64,000 nt of DNA. It comes from Octopus vulgaris (lineage: Eukaryota). Shown here piece by piece: positions 53,973 to 64,000 of this stretch. The first letter of the stretch is position 1, and the number at the start of each line of letters is the position of its first letter. The stretch is from assembly GCA_951406725.2 (NCBI GenBank), contig OX597815.1, forward strand, positions 195,796,001-195,860,000, written 5' to 3'. Made by a program: the position numbers and the translations under genes. Below the pieces are notes generated by a model. That model had not been told where the DNA came from. It saw only the letters and a program-made list of their open reading frames with translations, and made no database searches.

Positions 53973-54596
53973 TATCATAATGTGTGTTAGAATATAACAG
54001 TATGTAATTTTATAATGCAATGAATTATCATTTATTTTTATAGAAGGTAATTTAGAATGGACTATTATAGTTACTGTATGCTTTAAAATGGTTAGAATCG
54101 CTTTTGCACAGTATAATGACCTCAGTTGCAACACACGATTTCAGATCAAATCACTTGCATAACTTGTATAAGTCCTATATGCTATTTCTGTCAGATGAAA
54201 AGATTGAATATTCGATGCACTTTCTAACAGCTTTTTTGGCAACCAATCAAATCTCGATCACCGATAATGGCTCGATATGTTCAGCAAGTAGTTCTGGTTA
54301 TATAAGACTATTATATATACTTATCTTATTTAACTATGAATTTTCTTTAATCATTTATAATAAGATTCCTATTGGTGATAACTAAAATGATCGAAGGGAA
54401 AAAGTAACCTAACGATAGACATGCAAATATATTTGTAACCAACAAACCATGGATATTATTCGGTGCTTCTGTTTTTCTCCATAAAAAGAAAACCGAAGAA
54501 AATGGGTCGCGTGTTCCACTACGCCATCATCATTTACAAAACGTGATGTACATCCATCTCTTCACAGCACAAACTGACAATAGCTGTCATATTTGA

Positions 54597-54828
54597 AGGC
54601 GGCAAGCTGGCAGAATCGTTAGCAGGCCGGGCGAAATGCGTAGCCGTATTTCGTCTGCCGCTACGTTCTGAGTTCAAATTCCGCCGAGGTCGACTTTGCC
54701 TATCATCCTTTCGGGGTTGATAAATTAAGTACCAGTTACGCACTGGGGTTGATATAATCGACTTTATCCGTTTGTCTGTTCTTGTTTGTACCCTCTATGT
54801 TTAGCCCCATGTGGATAATAAAGAAACA
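54597..54828 (+). mobile_element. SINE-B
   Basis: Full copy; ctgtcata-containing TSD. Confidence 0.88.
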
Positions 54829-54940
54829 GATATCTGTCATAATTGTGTAAAGCCCGCAAAAGATTGCTACTGTTACTATAGCTTCAGCATTGATGAAGAA
54901 TATGAATAATCTATTTAGTAAATACTAATGAATTATGTTG

Positions 54941-55238
54941 TGGAGGGGCAATGGCCCAGCGGTTAGGGCAGCGTACTCGCGGTCGGAGGATTGCGGTTTC
55001 GATTCCCAGACCGGGTGTTGTGTGTGTTTATTGAACGAAAACACCAAAAGGCTCCACGAGGTTCCGGCATCTTGTACTCTTTCGCCATTACTTTCTCTCA
55101 CTCTCCCTTCCTGCTTCTTGAGTAACGCTGCGATGGACTGGCGTCCCGTCAAGCTGGCGGGAACACATGCGCCACAGAAACCGGGAAAGCGGGCCCATGA
55201 GCCTGGCTAGGCTTGAAGAGGGCGAAGCAAAAAATAAA
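54941..55238 (+). mobile_element. SINE-C3 (different tRNA head, C1-type tail)
   Basis: TGGCCCAGCGG and GTTTCGATTCC boxes; cgatggactggcgtcccgtc...agaaaccggga; 13-bp TSD atgaattatgttg. Confidence 0.85.
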
Positions 55239-55804
55239 TATGAATTATGTTGGACGTATTCTAGTGCAACGATTTGGTCTGCATAGATTCAACAACACAT
55301 ATCAAATATAGTCTGTAAGAATTCTTTTCCTGTCATAGAACATTCCTTCAAATTGCAGAACTTTGTACAAGAAAAAAAAGGATCCTTGTCACTATGAAAA
55401 TGAGAACACATTGTCACAAAGACCAAAGAGACCACGTAAGAGGATGCATTATTCCTAATAAATTAACAGATATCATATTGTTATTTTTAACTGTTTTAAA
55501 CAGAGACTAGGCAAACATTCGAATTATTGAAATATGCATGGACCTAATGTAAATGCTATTTAGGACACTTGAATTCAAGAATGCAACCTATCCTTTACTG
55601 GAATATTGGCACTCATGCCAATCATGTTCTCTCATGACATGAGGTTACATATAAATATATTAGAATACATAATGTCACATTAACTCCTTTTATGAATCGC
55701 AAATGAGAAAACTGGAAAGGTATTTGTAAAAGTCTCAGCTACTAATGAAATATACAAAATCTACTCATTGTACTAATTTTTCGTTATTTGTTGTAAGCAC
55801 AAGT

Positions 55805-56572
<768 letters not shown>

Positions 56573-57087
56573 TTACACATACCCACGGCATACACAAATA
56601 TATACACGCCCAAACTTAAACACACATACGCCCACATGTAAGATGCGCAAGTGTGATAAATATTTCGATAAATAAATCATTCATTTCCAAGGGTACCACT
56701 GTAATCCTTGCCGTGTCATGCTATATATCCATATTTAAAAACCTGTTTGAAGCATGGACGTTGCTTTATCTTTGCATTTCTTAACGCATTATAGAGGTAA
56801 TTATTGATTGAACTATAATCCATATAGTTTCAAATTTACAGTATGTGTCGATCGATACGCTTCTTGATTGCATGAATGTGTTATATTTTTATGCATACCT
56901 TCCAGTAGTATAATATTCCTGAATCTTCATAGCAACGGGATAGGATATCGATACTATTTCAGTAACAGAATGGGGTGTTATTCATAGTACTATGACGTTA
57001 ATAAAATTTGTAGCACTAATATATCACACATACATACGATCACATACGTTAACACATGCGTACGCCCCTACAAACACATACGCATTT

Positions 57088-57285
57088 ATAGACGTAGAAG
57101 TGGTTGTGTGGTAAGTAGCTTGCTTACCAACCACATGGTTCCGGGTTCAGTCCCACTGCGTGGCACCTTGGGCAAGTGTCTTCTACTATAGCCTCGGGCC
57201 GACCAAAGCATTGTGAGTAGATTTGGTAGACGGAAACGGAAAGAAGCCCGCCGTATATATGTATATATATATATCTATATATATA

Positions 57286-57324
<39 letters not shown>

Positions 57325-57548
57325 ATATATATATATATGCTTGTGTGTCTGTGTTTGTCCTCCCAAAATCGTTTGACAATCGATGCTGGCGTGTTTTCGT
57401 CCCCGTCACTTAGCAGTTCGGCAAAAGAGACCGATAGAATGAGTAATAGGCTTCCAAAGAGTAAGGCCTGGGGTCGATTTGCTCGACTAAAGGCGGTGCT
57501 CCAGCATGGCCACAGTCAAATGACTGAAACAAGTAAACGAATAAAAGA
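57088..57548 (+). mobile_element. SINE-A
   Basis: Full copy. Confidence 0.88.
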
Positions 57549-58231
57549 ATTGTGTGAGTATGTGGGATTGCATGTTGTGCATTGCATTTGTGAGAGAGTT
57601 TCTGATAAAGCATTAGTGTGTGAATAAACTAATGTGTATTATTTGTCTGCTTTCCTTATACCGATAGACAGATTATTAATGTCTGTTTTGTCCATATGCT
57701 ACCTATTCACAGTTTGAGGAATTTGATGTAAGTATTTACATAGAAGCGACGGAATACTGATTGCTGTATTCGAGTGGTTGAACTCTGTGTTCGCTATTGC
57801 TCTCTCGGCACGCCAACCTGTACTATATCATACATATCGTAAAATGTAAACATTTATTGAAATTGAGTTTATCTAAATACGCACATCATACTCCAGACAA
57901 TAGCACTGGACGGCGAATAATACAAACGTCAATGTTATAATTTGATAAGAGATTTCGAATAATTGGCATTCGGAAAGCTAACAGAGAACAAGAAAGAATA
58001 AGAATTCGGATCCAATTTGTCAAGTGGTTGCATAAAGAAAGAGTAAATATCTTTTGAGCATTTACAAGTTTAAAATTTAAAGTACACGCGATCCTTAACA
58101 TACTGAGTAGTAAAATCTCATGAACTGAAATGGACAAAGACCCATCTTACATATATACATATAGTCATACATAAATACATATATACATATATGCATTTAT
58201 GAGCGTGCGTGTGGTGCGTACACGTACAAAT

Positions 58232-58625
58232 ATAGGCGTAGGCGTGGCTGTTTGATAAAAACCTTGCTTCCCAGCCACATGTGTCCGGGGTTAGTCCCAC
58301 AGCGGAGCACATTCGGCAGGTGTCTTCCAATATGGCGTCGGACCGACCAAAGCTTTCTGAGTGATTTCGTAGACGGAAACTGAAAGATAACCATTGTATA
58401 TATGTATGAGTGTGTGTGTGTTTTTTTTATGTCTGTTTGTCCATCCATTACCGCTTGACAACCGGTATCTGTGTGCTTATATCCCTGTAACTTAGCAATT
58501 CGGCAAACGACTTAAATAGAATAAGTAAACAATGAGCCCTGCGGTCGACTAAAACGTTTCAAGACGTTGCTCCATCGTGGCCGCTGTCAAATGACTGAAA
58601 CATGCAAATGAGCAAAAGTGCAAAA
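58232..58625 (+). mobile_element. Old SINE-A
   Basis: Diverged but colinear with other copies. Confidence 0.75.
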
Positions 58626-58674
58626 GAATTGTTATTATGGCTGTGGAATAGTGTATTATAACACATACTTTTGA

Positions 58675-58769
<95 letters not shown>

Positions 58770-58851
58770 GGTCCCGGGTTGAGTCGGGGTTAACCACAGT
58801 AAATAAGGTACTCAATACATAGCAGAGTAAATTAATTTATTTTATAGAAGG

Positions 58852-58902
58852 AGCTTCTACAGGACTAGAACTGTTTCATTCAAAAGAAATCATCAGGAAG
58901 CT
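58852..58902 (-). ncRNA. Type I hammerhead ribozyme motif in a Penelope-type end (58767 to ~59100)
   Basis: Minus strand agcttc-CTGATGA-tttcttttgaat-GAAA-cag(ttctagtc)ctg-TA-gaagct; 6-bp stem I. Confidence 0.75.
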
Positions 58903-59099
58903 AGGTGACAAGAGGTTTTGGCATTTATACATTTAGGCAGGTTTAAAGGGGTGGTGGTGGGGGACTTTTTGGGGTAGGCATTTAAACTATCATTCTTAGG
59001 GGAGTGGTCAAAGGATTCAGTGGTAAAGTAGATAAAAGAATAAATAAAAGAATAAAAGAATAAATAGAAAAATAGAGTTTTAGGTAAATAAGGAGACTC

Positions 59100-59115
59100 T
59101 CACTTATACATATAC

Positions 59116-59152
<37 letters not shown>

Positions 59153-59435
59153 CATATACATGTACATATACACATACACACACACACACATACACATATG
59201 TATACGTATATATACATACATATACACACATATATATACATACACATATACATATATACACATACACATACATACACATACACACATACACCCATATACA
59301 CATGTACATATGTACCCATATACATGTATCTACGTACACGCCCATACCTATAATTATACATACACATATATATGTCTACACACATATATATATAAAAGGG
59401 GATATACACCCCCATACACACACGCTCCCATATCC

Positions 59436-59466
<31 letters not shown>

Positions 59467-60082
59467 CACATATATATACACACACCATATACACATATAT
59501 ATACATACATACACATACATACCTATACATATATATATATATACATATGTATATATATATACACACACACATATATATATATATACACACACATACATAC
59601 ACATACATATGCATATACATGCACACACATACACACACATTTCTTCCCTTATTTTAATTTTATTTTTATTTTTTACTTTTGTTTTTATTTTTATTTTTAT
59701 CTTGACCTCGGCCAGCCAGCCCGGCACTGATGTGATGTCCTCCCAAGGGAACTAGTCTAAATAATCCATTTATTGCCCCTCTCCCTTCCTTTCTATCTTT
59801 CTTCTCACTGATACGAACACAAACACTCACACACGCACACACACTCACACGTACACTCATACACATACACACACGCACGTGTTAAATTCATACATACATA
59901 CATCTACATACATGCATGTATATACACATACGTACACGTACCTACAAATTCATATCTACACGCATACACATACATACATCTATACACCCACAGAAGACTA
60001 GTCCATACATATACACAAATAAATATATATACATATACATATACACATACATACACATACATACACACATATATATATATAC

Positions 60083-60137
<55 letters not shown>

Positions 60138-60903
60138 TATACATATATACACATACACATACACGTACGCGCATACCTACATATACATACACACATATAT
60201 ACTTACACCTGTCATATACATACCTACATACCCATACATCCATATATCTATACATATACATACACGTATATATACACATGCACATACTAATACACACGCA
60301 CACACATCTATCTACATATATAAAAAAGAAACCCAACAAGTCCATACATGTACACACATACACATACATACATGCATATACACATATATACCCATACACA
60401 TATACACATACACATATATATACACACATGTATATATATACATATATACACATACATATACATCCACACATGCGTACACATACACACACACGCGCGCATC
60501 TATATATACACGTAAGTACATACATGCATAAATGTATACATATGTTTATACATATGCATACACATACACACACACGCGCGCATCCATATATACATAAATA
60601 CATACATGCATACAAACATATACATATATACATACATGCATACTCAAACAATAAATAATAAATAATAAATATATATACATGCAGTTACCCATTATACAGA
60701 CGGATACATACATATAAACATACACATATATACCTATTTACACATATGTATATATACATACATATACACATATACATACACATACACATACATATACACG
60801 CACGTAAATACACGCACTCACATACATACGTATATTCCTACTAACACCCATACATTTCTATACATATAATGTGTTTACTTAATCGTGTATGTATGTATGT
60901 ACA

Positions 60904-60961
<58 letters not shown>

Positions 60962-60992
60962 TGTACATACATACACGATTAAGTAAACACAT
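59100..60992. repeat. Long degenerate (CA/TA) low-complexity region ending in an inverted repeat around (TA)n at 60869-60992
   Basis: gtgtttacttaatcgtgtatgtatgtatgtacaaac / gtttgtacatacatacacgattaagtaaacac. Confidence 0.85.
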
Positions 60993-61491
60993 GTCTGTCA
61001 GAAACATAATACACTCAAATAAATGCAAGCAGACGTATATGCACGCACGTGTGTTTATAAGGTACTTTGCTTTAAGCTGTGCAATATGTGCAATATGTGT
61101 CAGGATAACTGTGTGTATAAAGCATCAAGCAATGCAAGAGAGAAGTTTCGCAAAGTATGTAAGGTGATTTCAGTATGTGTAAACGAAGACAAGATATATT
61201 GTATCACATTACACGATGTCCACTGCCCCAAATTTCGGGAAAAATTCACCTTTTCAAATGGCAGACAGACTAACAGACAGATAGAAAGAAAGAAAGAAAG
61301 AAAGACGCAAGGAAAGAAAGAAGGAAAGGAACAAAAGAACAGACAAAGAAAGCATATTTTCTTCAGCAACCTCACGCATTTTCAATGTCTGATTCTTAGA
61401 AGCATCTCATATAAAAGTGTTATCCAATGTTTCCCACCTCATCAAAACATGTAAGCCTGGAAATGCATTTAAAAGTTCACCTTGTCTTCTT

Positions 61492-61653
61492 TGGCTGTGT
61501 GGTAAGTAGCTTGCTAACCAACCACATGGTTCCGGGTTCAGTCCCACTGCGTGGCATCTTGGGCAAGTGTCTTCTGCTATAACCCCGGGCCGACCAATGC
61601 CTTGTGAGTGGATTTGGTAGACGGAAACTGAAAGAAGCCTGTCGTATATATGG

Positions 61654-61685
<32 letters not shown>

Positions 61686-61907
61686 ATGTGTGTGTTTGTG
61701 TGTCTGTGTTTGTCCCCCTAGCATTGCTTGACAACCGATGCTGGTGTGTTTACGTCTCCGTCACTTAGCGATTCTGCAAAAGAGACCGATAGAATAAGTA
61801 CTGGGCTTACAAAAAGAATAAGTCCCGGGGTCGATTTGCTCGACTAAAGGCGGTGCTCCAGCATGGCCGCAGTCAAATGACTGAAACAAGTAAAAGAGTA
61901 AAAGAGT
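61492..61907 (+). mobile_element. SINE-A (5' end clipped)
   Basis: Body and (GTAAAAGA) tail intact. Confidence 0.9.
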
Positions 61908-62511
61908 ATTCTTTAAACGTCAACAGACTCCTTTCTAAAAGTTCTTGCATCCTCTCTGAGATCCACATTTTTTCTGGGTTCTCTTCCTGGTCATAAATAT
62001 AGCGCAAAGGAGTTTATTCAGTGATGCTACCGCCTCCAACAGAATACAAGCAAGTATATAAAGTATGCTAAAGCATAATATCTCTCTTTGACCTCTGTAC
62101 CTGCACTTGCAAGCGTTTACCCTGCAACGGACTACACTATCCAGCAACCTTTTCAAATGGCAGACAGACTAACAGACAGATAGAAATTTGAAAAAGAAAC
62201 ATATTTTTACGATCAAAGTCATATGCTCACGTGTATGTACATCAAAAGCTTAGAGATGAAGAAAAATAGTAAGAGAGAGAGAGAGCGGGGGGGGGAGTTA
62301 AGAATATATATTCCACCCCAAGCTGTTTAAAGCATAAGATAATTCTCGAAGATGTCGATTCTCAAGCTGGTTATCATTCTTTCAAGTGTAACGTTTATAT
62401 ACACAGCTTCCGCTGAGACCAGTGGTGTCTCTACTCCGCGTTGGACCCTAGAATATGATGTGTTAACATATTCATCCCTTTATGTATAACATATTTGTAC
62501 ATAGATGTGTG

Positions 62512-62594
<83 letters not shown>

Positions 62595-62738
62595 TCTTTT
62601 ATTTTATTATTTTATTCTTTTAATTGTTGTCGTCATTTGACTGCAGCCATGCTGTAGCACCGCCTTTAATCAAACAAATAACCTCCAAGACTTATTTATT
62701 CTTTGTAAGTCTAGTACTTATTCTATAGGACACTTTTG

Positions 62739-62777
<39 letters not shown>

Positions 62778-63255
62778 TTTTGAACTTCTTTCCTTTAACA
62801 CCTCCCTGAAATGAGACGTTGTTTCATCCTACGATGGAATCAATCTACAAATATTATTTTGGACAACCGAGCAGCAAGAAACGGTTGCTTCATTTGTAAT
62901 AGTTTCCTTTAACCCTTTAATTTCCTATATTCATATGTATTCTGTGTAAATCGGACCTGTTTCTATGTAAACATGTATACATTTTTTGTGTTCCATGTAT
63001 TTAATATACAGTGGCAGTAGTGTCGTTCGACGTGCTCACTTTAGTTTCAGTAGCAGGTGTTCATGTGGGAGTAATTGTTTTACGTCTTGGGCCTGCTTCG
63101 GTATTATCTACACACATGGGGTTTTCATTAAGTTTCAAAATATATTTGGAAATGAAAGAGTAAATGACTCGATCGGTTACTTTGCTGCATTAATTACAAA
63201 TACTAGCAAATATATTTTGAATATATAATGATCTGTCTAATTCGCTTGTCCCTAC

Positions 63256-63321
<66 letters not shown>

Positions 63322-63325
<4 letters not shown>

Positions 63326-63565
63326 AGAATTCACAAAAATACAAAAGAAGACAAGTCGTGTAGACAACAAACAGATGTATTAGTATAACGCTCGGGAATT
63401 GAAAAGTCTACGCTCTTCCACAGAAAGGAACACAGAAAGAAACAAGGAGAGGAACAAAGAGAGAAAAAATGTGTGCAGTGGCTAGCGATCAATCATGGCG
63501 AATGCGGGACGGAAGGGTCACACGGGAGAGCTAAGGAGAAGGGGAGATAACAAAGTAGTAGTGAT
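63322..63565 (-). mobile_element. Penelope-type fragment related to the 4172-4375 insert
   Basis: gtattagtataacgctcgggaa...gctcttccacagaaagga resembles gtattattggacgctcagga...gctcttcgtcggaaaca; follows (TA)n. Confidence 0.5.
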
Positions 63566-64000
63566 ATATACATCAGAGATTTACGGTACGTAACTCATCG
63601 ATTAAAGTATTTTGAGAATTTCCTTGTTGTAAAAGAGTCATAATGCAGTGAATATATGAGAGAAAACGATTGGAAAAGTGAGGGCAATAATTGGGTGAAA
63701 TGTAGGCGAGGTGAGGTTGTCACAAAAGTAAATTCCTGTCATGCAGTTTGGTTTGTTTTTTTCCGTTTCCTTTAAATTTTATGGGAATAAATTTACCGAA
63801 TGGTACTATCAGTAAAGTGATATAGGCGTTTGTTGCATCTTACCTAGTACACTCCTTATAAACTTAGATATGTATGTGTAACGAAGAGAATAGTTTGTTG
63901 GACACGAGTTGTTAGTTTCGGGGAGTTGTTTCCAGGCAAGTGCTCAACGTAAATAGGGTACAGAATGAACAAGAATTCTGTCTGATCCCTCCTTGTGAAA

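Noticed and set aside
54941-55015. tRNA gene
   Set aside because: A and B boxes are present but followed by a SINE body and TSD; no complete cloverleaf evident

Overview
AT-rich, repeat-saturated eukaryotic DNA. The SINE families and (TA)n density look like an octopus/coleoid cephalopod genome; this is an inference from recall, not a database result. No host protein-coding exon could be supported, and most ORFs in the track are microsatellite or SINE artefacts. The window holds: (i) three groups of tRNA-headed SINEs, called A, B and C here, in >30 copies, many with TSDs; (ii) CR1/L2-group LINE remnants whose 3' tail is shared with SINE-A; (iii) R4/Dong-like fragments inside trinucleotide microsatellites; (iv) a decayed Penelope-like RT and many short (TA)n-embedded elements carrying inverted repeats and minimal hammerhead-ribozyme motifs; (v) DNA transposons: a hAT MITE, a GG-ended MITE with telomere-like repeats, two Helitrons, a Tc1-like pseudogene, a both-ends-intact Chapaev3-like element and two fold-back elements. 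The strongest candidate for an under-described system is the set of microsatellite-nested, hammerhead-bearing, hairpin-ended Penelope-type elements. Coordinates were read by eye and may be off by a few bases, more so for degenerate copies.
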